Positions 35,541 to 46,204 of a stretch of 64,000 bases of DNA are shown here, piece by piece; the first letter of the stretch is position 1; each line of letters starts with the position of its first letter. The stretch covers positions 124,001 through 188,000 of the forward strand of contig JBLWGC010000104.1 of NCBI GenBank assembly GCA_048772705.1, given 5' to 3'. This DNA comes from Leidyana gryllorum EB-2025a. Taxonomy: Eukaryota > Protista > Apicomplexa. Under the pieces are notes generated by a model. The model was not told the origin of the DNA. It searched no databases and saw only the letters and a program-made list of their open reading frames with translations. Both the position numbers and the translations under genes were made by a program.

Positions 35541-38500
35541 TCATCGTTGAGGTGCTTGAAGCAGCTTCTTCCAGGACTTTGGCGCCCACAATTCCGGCAC
35601 AATACTACTCTTCACGGAAGAGCTTCCACTCGTAGCATTAGCCCCTTGGCCGCCGCCTCTATCCTCCGCAACCATCGGCTGGTGAGTCGATGGCGACGGC
35701 GCAGGTAGCCAGGGAGACGCCCCTTCCTTGAGCCGAGCCATACTCCCGGACCGTCGCTCATCACCTGCCATACGGTTACCCGTCGAGCAACCCAACTCTC
35801 GCCCGCAACTCGCGCTACGGGGACGCCCTGTCGGGGTCCGAGAGGGCCGCATCTCATCGTCACTGTCGGACAATGCCGGAGAACTTACGCCTTTCGGCAC
35901 CGCAAGTATCCGGGGAGGGGTGGAGTCCCGTGCAGTGTCCAAATCAGTACTGATCGAGGCTCCTAATTGAGCCCGGACGTCTCCCGCCCCCGCCGGAGTC
36001 TCAGCCGAACTGTCGCTCTTCGACATCAGTAGTGGCCGGAAGTCAGGATCCCACTTGATACTTTTGATAATGTTAGTTCGCATAGCTTCGACATTCTTGC
36101 GAGCCCCGGCGGCGGTGTACCACGCTGGCGACGATTTCGGATCGTCACCACTCTCCACGCCCGCACCAAACGTAAATGGTCGCGGCATGAACATACCTGC
36201 GCCTCTTCCTGAAGGACTCGGTGATGCCGCCACTCCACCTCCCGCTGCGCCACTAGGAGCTCCCCGAGCGGGCACGTTCCTTAAATCTTTGGCTGCTTCT
36301 TGGTAGTAAGCAGAAGCTGAGGTTCCCTTAGCACACAGAAATTCGCCCTCGCACCCCTTCACCCGCTCGTAATCCACCGACGACTCCATCATCGGACCCA
36401 TCCACTGCGTCACGGCGATCTGCCGATGCTCAATTTCCCGACGATCCGGTAATCGTAGCAGCCAATAGTATATAAAACGAAGTTGGAATGTTATAGCTGG
36501 ACGAAGGATCTTCCGCCACATCGCATCCAGACTGAATAAAACGAGTCGCCAATAGGGCGACTCAATTTTCCCATTCTTGCGGTCTCGGGCTGGGAGCACC
36601 ACCGTTGTTGTACCAACCACTCCAACCTGCGATTGCTCCCCACTGTCATGTAAGATGTTGGATATCTCGGTCAACTCGGGAGCTTCAGTAGGCATGGGCA
36701 AGAACGGGGGTGAAGGGTTGTCGTGGCCGTGAGGAGGAATCCTGGGCGATATCAAATTGCCCGCACTGGCCAGTAGTTTGTTTACAGCAGCGAATCGCGT
36801 TTCGCGCTCAGCTGCAGTCAGCAAACCTTGCAGATATAACATATCCCATATGTTCTGAGATACCCGAAGGACCAGATTAGAATCTGGCTGCCATTGTACT
36901 GCAATCCACGCAAACCGATCCATGCGATCAGCGATTCCTGAAGTGTCAGCGAATTAACCTCCAGCACACGTGTGTGCTCCAGTTACCTGTGGCGCTCAAA
37001 AATGCCGGATCCGTGGCTATTAGTGGTATGACGAGAGGTACCAGCAGGAACAAAAAGCGCTGCACCAACGAAGGCAGCACAAAGGCAATACAGGCTGCGA
37101 AGGTGGCCTCAATCGATACCACCAACACAACCACCCAAGTTACGATTGCTGACCAGGGATCGGTCCAGTCCAGCGCAAACTTGAGCTTTTCAATGAAAGT
37201 CGCCATCAAAGTGGCTAATAGCTGCAAACAGTGAACGGGAGATGGATGATCGATCATACTTGGAAGATCCAGCGAGAAAGTTCTCGGGGGAGGATGATCA
37301 CTAACAGATCGATCGTTGCTTACCTGAACGGACTCCAGAACCATGAGGCCCAAATGCTTGAGCATCAGCATATCCACCTCGCCAACGTCCTCCGAGAAGA
37401 TTGGATAGCAAGGAGCGTATGAGGTGGCGTCCTTGACGCTGATATCGGCTCGGCCAAAGATGGTTCCCATTGATGACGGGGCCAGGCTGACATTGGCCAC
37501 GAGTAAGGGAGCTACGGGGGGGTTAGTGTTCTCCAATTCTGGGGTAGGCTGGGCTTCTTGGCCTCGCAATTTGAATAAAGAGCCTCGTCGTTTCTTTCTG
37601 GGGGTCGGAGAGCCCTCCAGAGCTGTCACCGGCACCGTGTCAGTGGCTAGCAGGAAGCCTCGACCACCACTGGGTCGTCGGGGTGCAGAAAGGTCGAGGA
37701 CGGACATGTTCATCCAGTTGGTGACATGGGTCGCCGACCGAGCGCTCCGACTGCCAATGAGAGGGGGGAGGTTTCGCAGACTGTGGGCTTTGTTGGGGTC
37801 GGCTTGGTTGTTCAGATCGTTATGGGGAGGCGGTGGGTCAACGTAGAGGGTAGAGCCCAGACTGTCGGTGGGACACAATTTGTAGCTGAAGCTGCTGACC
37901 AGCACCGCGACTCCGAAGCACAGAGGGAGCAAAGGGAGGGGTGCGTAAAGGGTAGTGAAGAGAGTGAAGGTCCAGAAGAGGAGGAAGAGACCGCACCACT
38001 GCAGTGACCATTCTGCAGACGGCCATTCCTTGTAGATAGTGACCACATGAAAGAATCGGCGAATCCATCTCGGCGCGAAACCCCCGATGTGATGCATTCG
38101 CAACCCCCCACTTTCAAATGCTTGAAGGTCGAACTTCGAGGCCAATGTCCAAACGCTCTCGGGGGGATTCAAGTTTGCGTAGAGCGGAGCTAACAAGGGG
38201 AACACCTCATACCTCACATCGATGGTCAACTCGATGAAGCCCAGACTCGCTACGGGGTTCAACATTCCCAGCCCCGGGTAACCTGAAGACACTTTGTGAT
38301 ACACGCAGCAGAGAACTCTCTCCCCCCAAGACTAACCTGCGCAAGGCTTAACGAACTTCCACTCTTCGACTTGTTGACCTTTGGGATAGAGGTGGAACCA
38401 GCCTTTGAGCCGAGCGCTATTGCGGTCGAGTCGAGTGAGAGAAGGGCGCCCGAGCCGTTGCAAATGCATTGGCGTCATTTGACCATCGCCTCGGCGGGGG

Positions 38501-39567
38501 CAACTGACAAAGCTATCAGATCCGGGTGTCAGTGGCTCGACGAGGGCCGAGGTGCTGAGCAAAGAGGCCATGGGAACGACCACTCTGCCGTGAGGACGCC
38601 ACTCCAGCGCCCGACGGGATCGACTGGTGCTGCGAGCGCGGGTGGTACCCGAAACGAATCCCTCCGTGGATCCTCCAATGTCGCCTTCTGTTCCAGGTGC
38701 CAACGACATACCTCCTTCCTCTTCACTGTCTGCGGCTCCCCCTTCGGTAGCCTGAGCTTTCTGGGACGCACTGTTGGCTCCTTGGCCGAAAAAGTGAGTC
38801 AAATCAGCTAAGTGTTGGTCCGGAATCCGTGTGTCATCCGGCCCACGTTTTCGCCAGACTTCAATCTGCGTCGAGTTGGAGCATACAATGGTGTCTCACA
38901 GCGGCGGGCTCACTTGAATATCTGTCTGAATATCAGTCAAAGACCCCAACGCAAAGACGGGAGCTGTGGGCCACCGGAGGGAGGCGTGATAATCGCCCGC
39001 CCCGTCGCTTGGGGCTGCAGTTACGGGTGTGCTCTCATGTAGTCGTGACCCCATCACAGCTCGGACCTTCCATTTTGACTGACGCACCGAGCGAGTGTCC
39101 CCTTTAATATTGGGTAACGCTACGGCCTCCACCCCGCCAACCCGAACTGTGACTTCGGCGATAGATTTAGTGCTATTTCTGTCCCCCCCTATGGTGTCAT
39201 CCAATGCATTTAACAATGGTGACTCCCTTATGGGCATCACGGGGCGTTCCCGGGGGAAAAACTTGGAGTTCACCACCTTCTGAACCGTCTTCACCAAATT
39301 GTACTGTGAGAGAGCAATGTCAATCAGTCTTCTCGGACTCAGCGCAGGGCGCAGTGCGTGCGTTTGCGTCCCTCACCTTTTGAAGCTCCTGGAGTTGGTT
39401 CAAGGTTTGGTCCTGGTTGGCCAGGATATGGTCGAAGAACTGGCCCATGATGTCTATACATTGCGCAGTACAACAAGAGTATGACACTTTGAGAGAGTCT
39501 CACCCTCCCCGATGCGTTGCACACCCTCACGCATGTAGGTTCCAACATTCTCCAATGGGTTGAACAT
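35541..39567 (-). CDS. MCTP-like C2-domain/PRT_C transmembrane protein (multi-exon)
   Basis: C2-like strands (EVTVRV..VEA..LP; GWFHL; GFIELTIDV) and PRT_C-like QLLATLMATFIEKLKFALDWTDPW plus TM helices and LLRLPD. Confidence 0.65.
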
Positions 39568-39609
39568 ATTGTTTTATGCATCCAAGTTTCCGACCACGAT
39601 ACTTAATTC

Positions 39610-41711
39610 CTATACCACCACAGTGCGTGCAAGAAAGAAGGGCGTAGTGGGAGACTTCTTCATACTCAATGGGTAGGCTTTCCTCTTTGACTCTGGAATA
39701 ACTGTAACCTGCGAAGCTAAATCCCTCAAAGTTAACTCGAGTCTATCAGCCTCCACTAATCGTGCTGTTTTTTCCACAAGCTCAATCAACTGTTTCATAC
39801 GGTTCCGGCAAATCTGAACGCAGTAGGTCGTCAATTGGAGATCGCACACGTGTGTGCTTACCATTGTATTTCTGCTTATTTTCTTCAAGTGATAGTTTAT
39901 AAGCCCCGATGCCTCGGGAAACGCTGGATGACCAGCCAGGAATACCATAACTTCTGTCAGCAGGTCAATGCAGATGCCCGCCATATCCTCAATGATCTGG
40001 AGGGACATTATATTGCATTTTCGTCAAAACAATATTTGAATCCTACCTTTGGTGCAATCACTTCGAGGGCCTCCAGCGAGATCACTCGACTTAGGTTTAC
40101 GGGTTTGACCAACTTTGAGGCGTTTTTGCCCTTGGGAGCTCCTGAGGCTGGCACGGCACGGTCCTTGGTCAGGTCGTAGGTCATATTGATCAGGTCCACT
40201 CCCACTGGCAACCACTTGTCAGTCTTTTGCATCAAGAAGACGATCAGTGCCAGACATTTGAGGGCGAAAGGCCGCCATATCGGCAGAGACGCGGAGGCTT
40301 TGGCCAAAGTGCTGAGCACACACGAGTACCCCGGAGCCAGTTTGGCCAGACTGTACTTGGATGGCTTGTCACCTTCAAGGTCCCCTTTGTCCATAGCAGC
40401 GATCCAAATGTACGAAGAGAAGATTGTACCCCAACTGAATACTCGACTCCGCAATTCACGTTCTATGGCCTGACCCTTGGCCCCTTTCTCTTGTTTCCTA
40501 CGGCCTTCGCCCAGGATCAACTTGGCAGAGAGCAACGAAGTATCGCGAAGACTGGTATAGGCGACCTCGTACAACAAGGCTGGTTGAGCAGCTGAGACAC
40601 CCTGAATAATCTCAATCATAACATTGGCTGCGTTGGTCATGGCTTCGAGCATTTTGGGTCCCACTCTCTTTTGGGTGATGAGCACCATGGCACTGACCAT
40701 TCGCTTGAGACACCAAGAAAGGGCCTTCTGCATCGCTTTGATGGTGGCATTGGGTTTGCCAGTGTGGCGAGTGGCGAGAGTGATCTCAACAAAAAAGGCT
40801 TTGGTGGCTTGGCCGAGCTCGGCATTTTGAGCATCGGCTCTGAGCCAGATTTGAGAGAATCTCTTGAAGAACGGAACGATAAAGGTGGGGTGAGTGAGGA
40901 GCGTATTGAAGTGGTATTTGTCGAGAGTGGCGAGAATAACTCGGCTGACAATGTCTCTGGCACCTCTGTTCTCGAGGAAGAGGGTCAGATCAGACCAGAG
41001 CGGTCTCCACAGATAGGAAGTGGTTTTGACATCATTGGGTTTGAGGCCCTGGAGACCGAGAGATATGAGAGAGAAGCCTTTGAGCAAATGTTCACTGGGC
41101 TCATTGAGGTGGTCTTCGTCGAATTTGAAGGGCGCTTGGGCCTGCATTCGGGTGAGACGTTGACGAAAAGCATTCTGTCTTTGCGCCTGGGTTTTGGCTG
41201 TGGTCTCTCCATCTTTGCTGACGGCGGCGGAAGCAGTTTTGAATTTTGTTGCTCCGGGGTTGAGCATATGACGCAGGAGAGAGCGGACCAATTTGACGGT
41301 GGTTTGAAGGTGGGCGCGTTTGTGCGGATCTGCTTTCATCTGTTCATAGTGAGATTGGATATCAGTGTCTCCCAATAACTTTTCCTCAGAAGAAGAGTCG
41401 TCGTCGCTATCGTCTGCATCGGTGGTGTCTTTTTCCTCGTGGTCGGACTCTGCGGGGAGATCGTCCTCATCATCTTCGTGTCCGAAATCGTCGTCAAAGT
41501 CTTCGAAAGCGCCGTCAGAGGAGGCTGAGGAAGCGTCGGCCGCGGTGGTGATTTGTCCTTCTTCTTCTTCTCCGGAGGTCAGGTCGTCTCCCTCGCTGAG
41601 TGCAGCAAAGTCATCGTCAAAGTCGGGTTCAGGTAGGGGAGATTCTGATTGCTTCTTAGACTTCTTCTTGTTTGCGGCTGTGGGGGACGGATGGGCCTTG
41701 CGCTTCGGCAT
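39610..41711 (-). CDS. NOC2: Nucleolar complex protein 2
   Basis: Basic/acidic N-terminus; RVFSWG, PFALKCL..L..LMQKTDKWLPV, KPVNL, AFPEAS...HLKK...MKQLIELVE resemble Noc2. Confidence 0.75.
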
Positions 41712-41776
41712 TGGGTGGGTGAAAAATTTGGGTCTGGAATGACGAATAATGCCTTCTGACATAAGTGAATAAGCCA

Positions 41777-43177
41777 ATGAGAACCGCTAGAGTCCCCGAT
41801 AGATATAGCGATTACCTTCGACAGTGGCAGCAGGCAGACGTTGTTGGTCACCTCATGAATGAGGCGGCGGCAACAGCAGCAGACGAGGAGGAGGGGGCTC
41901 TGCCGGAGGAAGATCTGCTGCCGACTCCCTCCCCTTCCAGCGATCTGTGTACGCTACTGATAGAGAACATAGAGTACCCTGCCAACGCTGATGTATACTA
42001 CAAGGCGGCAATGAAGAATGCATTCGATACTTTGAGTGGTTATGCCGTCTCAATTGGTGCTGAGGGTCCCCAGTTCCTCAAGCATCTGTTTGCATACTAC
42101 ATTCTGGGCCAAGCCTGCACTAATGAGATTCGTTCGCGGCTGCGTGCAGAAGAACCCGTAAGCGCTACCGCTCCTGTGATACTACGGCCGCGCCCCACAC
42201 CCCATAATCAACAGCCTTCGCCAAACCATCAATATATCCCTCATATACGCTCCAAGAAGCGGCGTCGGGGACTCGAAACGAACAACATCGATCCCGAAGA
42301 AACACACTTCAATGACGTTACACCGCTCGAGAATGTGCCCTCCACTTCTCTACCACCCGTCCTATCTGCCCCCCAACTGCCACTGACTCAGACAACACAG
42401 CTCTCCCCCCGCCTCCACTATGCCCACCAGGGACCAGCCTCAGCCGGAGGAGGAGGAGGAAGTTCTCAACAACAACGCCATAGACCAAGACAGAGGCAAA
42501 CACAGACCCAAGCCCCCACCCCTATCCTCACTCCAGCTCTGGCCCACGCGCATCATCTGCTGCCACACCAACAACAACAAGAGTCCCTCCGAGTACAAAT
42601 GCCGACTCAAGTCCCATCTTCCACCACCAATCATTTGGTCCAGATGCCCTCCAACCAGCCGCCGCATCATCTTATGGTGTCCAATCCCACACTGACTGTC
42701 CTCAACAACGCCAATATTGCCTCCAGCTGCCACATTGCCGCCGCCAACGACTTTTCCGGAATGGTGGCTGCTGCCACTGAGGAGCCGCTATCCGATCTGA
42801 CTGACGACGATGAGGAGCCGGCAGCAGGCAGCGGTCAGGCTGAGAGAGGGAATGAGCTGTGCACTGCGTCGTCCTCCTCGGTGTCCGCCGGTGATGAGGG
42901 TGAAGTGACGGCGGATCTCAATTGGGGAGGGGGAGAAGGCGGCGAGCTGGAGCGACGAAACCGTTTAGTAGCCGACTCTGAATCGGACGACGTGTTCGGT
43001 GGAGGGAGAAGCGGTCGTCAAGTGGACGTCGACTTGGAGGGCGGGGACGCAGATGCGGAGGCCGACCCGGAAGAAGACGAGGAGGTCAGGGACGAAGATA
43101 TGGAGAGTGAAGCTGGAGCCGCTCTGGAATCCGAAGAGGAGGAGGGGGTCACTGTTCACCATCAGAGACTCTTATAG
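41777..43177 (+). CDS. Hypothetical low-complexity (P/Q/H-rich, acidic) probable nuclear protein
   Basis: Long intronless ORF with KKRRR NLS-like motif; only weak TFIIA-alpha/beta resemblance. Confidence 0.65.
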   Translation: MRTARVPDRYSDYLRQWQQADVVGHLMNEAAATAADEEEGALPEEDLLPTPSPSSDLCTLLIENIEYPANADVYYKAAMKNAFDTLSGYAVSIGAEGPQFLKHLFAYYILGQACTNEIRSRLRAEEPVSATAPVILRPRPTPHNQQPSPNHQYIPHIRSKKRRRGLETNNIDPEETHFNDVTPLENVPSTSLPPVLSAPQLPLTQTTQLSPRLHYAHQGPASAGGGGGSSQQQRHRPRQRQTQTQAPTPILTPALAHAHHLLPHQQQQESLRVQMPTQVPSSTTNHLVQMPSNQPPHHLMVSNPTLTVLNNANIASSCHIAAANDFSGMVAAATEEPLSDLTDDDEEPAAGSGQAERGNELCTASSSSVSAGDEGEVTADLNWGGGEGGELERRNRLVADSESDDVFGGGRSGRQVDVDLEGGDADAEADPEEDEEVRDEDMESEAGAALESEEEEGVTVHHQRLL

Positions 43178-43198
43178 ACGTAGATAAATAAAAACAAC

Positions 43199-45445
43199 AT
43201 GTTGACCGACTCTGGTAGTCGCAGACGCGCGCCGCGCACCTGTGACCTTCCGCCTCCGCCATTACATGACCCCCCACCATCAAAACAGCAACAGCCCCAT
43301 ACCGCCAATCTCCATTCGTTGTTCAAACCGCAATCTACAGCCACCTCAGAGAGGAGACGCTCTCTAAACAGTCACGGCCGTCTCCCCCTCCACGAATCCC
43401 CCATCGGGGGAGGCGCACTAAGCATTCCCGCCAGCGGCCCGTCTCCCCGGCAAACGTCCAATGCGGGGCCACTGTCTCCAGCCGCCAATGCCGAGCTGGA
43501 CGAGTTTGATGATATGGCCAGTGATCTCAAACGCGTGTTCAGTGTGTGGATTCGTAACACTCGGAGCAATTTCAAAGCTGCCCGAGAGGACATTGCGCAA
43601 CAGCGCGTGCGGCTCGAAGAAGAGAAAGCCAAAACGATGAGAGAGCTCGAGGAACTGCGACGGGTCGAGGCACAGAGACTCAAGGATCAACGACTCCGGG
43701 CAGAACAGGACTTGGCTGCCATTACCAAACAGATCGCAAACGAACGGGAAGCCGCTCGCCAAAAGACAGAGGCCGAACGCAAGAAACTCGAAGTCGAGCG
43801 GAATAACCTCAGACTCAGTATGCGATTCGTGAGTGTGGAGTCATGAGAAGAGCCCTCCCCCTTTCACACCTCCCCTCTGACAGGAACAAGAGAAGCTCAA
43901 GAAAGACTTGGAGTCCTTCGACGCTGAGAGACGACGCATCGTCGACGCCAATATCGCCACACAGACAATGATCGAAGTCAATGTCGGAGGGGTCGTCTTC
44001 GAGACCAGCCGACAAGTGCTCACTCAAGTTCCAGGTGAGACACAAAACATCAGTCGAGAGGAGAGAAGTCTCGTCCCCCAACCCTCCACCATTCGCTCTG
44101 TGTGTCATTGTGGGTAATGTGTCTATTCAGCGCAGACTCGTATCTCGCCGCGTTGTTCAGTGGACGGCATGAAGTGGAAAGGGACAAACATGGACGGATC
44201 TTTATTGATAGAGACGCCACTCTGTTCCGTCAATTGCTGAACTTTCTCAGAGATCCCGATACTCCAATCATTCCCAATGATGAGTCCACAGCCGATCTCG
44301 TGGCCAAAGAAGCAGCCCACTACGGTATCAAGCTGCTCCCCTTCCCATTCAGTGAGTTATCGTTCTGAGGGGAGGAGACACACACATCCAATTTGCGCCG
44401 CAGTTCTCGCAGTGGGAGGCCACGACGGCGCCGAGTATCTCCGGACCTGCGAGCTTTTGGACGTTGTCAACCAGTGTTGGCGCTATACAGCTGCCATGGA
44501 GACACGTGAGTGTGCGTTGACTACTCATTCTGCAACCAGCGCGCGCATCCCCTTCTCAATCCTCCTCTCACATCCCTTTCCGTTGCAGCTCGCGCTTACT
44601 TTGCCGCCGGCTCCATGTTGAACCGCACATACGCCGCTGGGGGTCAAAACTTTGAGTACAAAGCACTGTGCGATGTGGAGGTCCACGAGGCTTTGAGAGA
44701 TGTGTGGCTCCCAGCGCCGTCTCTGCTGACTCCTCGAAAGAGTGTCGGAGGCGCAGTTCTGGACGGAAGATTCTTTGTGGTCGGAGGGTTCGATGGAACA
44801 GAAATACTGAGCTCGGTAGAGTGCCTCGATCCGAGAATGCGCGGATGGATGGAACTGCCCCCTATGCTCACACCACGTAGTTCTGCAATGGTCGTTGCCA
44901 ACAGTGAGTCCGGATCGCCCTCAGATTGATTGATTGATTGTTCTCCCACAGACGATCGCGAGTTGGTGGTTATGGGGGGTTCGAGTGGAGAAAGACTGCG
45001 GAGCGGCGAAGTGTTCGACTTGAGGACCGAAAAGTGGACACCATTGAACGAACCTATGCTCGAGATACGCTCTGGTGGGTGTGCAGCCAGTCTGATGGGC
45101 AGTATTATGGCAATGGGCGGCGTCGATGGGGGACAAAAAGTCCATGACACCGTCGAAATGTACGACAGCATCGCTCAGGTAAGGAACTAAATCTCAGTGT
45201 GTGTGTGCGTGCCAAGAGTCACGTTTTCACAGAAGAATTGGGTGTATCGCAAGAGTATGCCCGAAGCTCGAGTGGATGGGAGTGCGTGTGTTATAGCTTC
45301 GTCGGTGATTGTTACCGGAGGGCAGGCCTATGGGGAGGTTGGTGCAGCAGTCAACTTTTACCGCCCAGAACTGGACGAGTGGCACGTGGCTCCTAAGCTT
45401 CTGACAGCCCGCTTCGGCCACCAAGTTGTGGGAGGCTTGATTTAG
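43199..45445 (+). CDS. K13: Kelch13 orthologue (coiled coil + BTB + six-blade Kelch propeller; about 6 introns)
   Basis: IVDANIATQTMIEVNVGGVVFETSR, SGRHEVERDKHGRIFIDRD, YGIKLLPFP, YKAL, TPRSSAM and RFGH match Plasmodium K13 as recalled. Confidence 0.95.
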
Positions 45446-45469
45446 CACCAAAAATTTGCTCCTCAACCA

Positions 45470-46138
45470 ATGTCTTCAAGCTTAACCGCCCGTATAGCCA
45501 GTGAGCCTAGTCTGACCAAGTACCAGAAGGCTGCTCTGCTCCTTGTGTCGCGAGTACCAGAAGGGAAGGTCACAACCTATGGCGAGTTGGCGAGGACGTT
45601 GGGCCAGGGGAACCCACGCTCTGTAGGACAGGCACTCAAGAAGAACCCTTTCGCCCCAGAGTGCCCATGCCATCGCGTTCTGCGGAGCGACGGTGCCATC
45701 GGCGGCTACTGCGGCAGCAAAGACGGTCGCTGGATGCAAAAGAAGGTTAACCTCTTGACCAAAGAAGGTGTCAATGTCCAGAAAGTTAAGAAGGAATACA
45801 AAGTTTCCGCTTTGCCGGATATTCTGTACAGAATGCCACAAGACAGCCTCGCTGAACTCAACGCCATTTTGGACGAGGCAGCAAACCCCATCCAGCAGAA
45901 ACAAGAGAACACCTCTGCTGCTCAAGAACCCGTAAAATCGCCCAAACTTGAGGAGGACACCACACCCACAACCACCATCGATGATAATTCGAACAGTATG
46001 GACGACCAACAACAAGACGTTGACGCCGAACAGCAAGAGCAGACTGCAGACGCTCGCAATGAGGGGGCGGGAGAACCAGAACCTTCTATGCCAGACTCGC
46101 AGTCCTCACCCCAACTTGAACACGACGAGGAGGAATGA
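45470..46138 (+). CDS. MGMT: O6-methylguanine-DNA methyltransferase (single domain) with acidic tail
   Basis: VPEGKVTTYGELA..., RSVGQALKKNP, active-site PCHRV, KVNLLTKEG. Confidence 0.92.
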   Translation: MSSSLTARIASEPSLTKYQKAALLLVSRVPEGKVTTYGELARTLGQGNPRSVGQALKKNPFAPECPCHRVLRSDGAIGGYCGSKDGRWMQKKVNLLTKEGVNVQKVKKEYKVSALPDILYRMPQDSLAELNAILDEAANPIQQKQENTSAAQEPVKSPKLEEDTTPTTTIDDNSNSMDDQQQDVDAEQQEQTADARNEGAGEPEPSMPDSQSSPQLEHDEEE

Positions 46139-46204
46139 ACAATAATGATGACCGTGTGATTCTATCATTCAACAACCGAACACTTTATCTCTCTCTTTCT
46201 CTTT

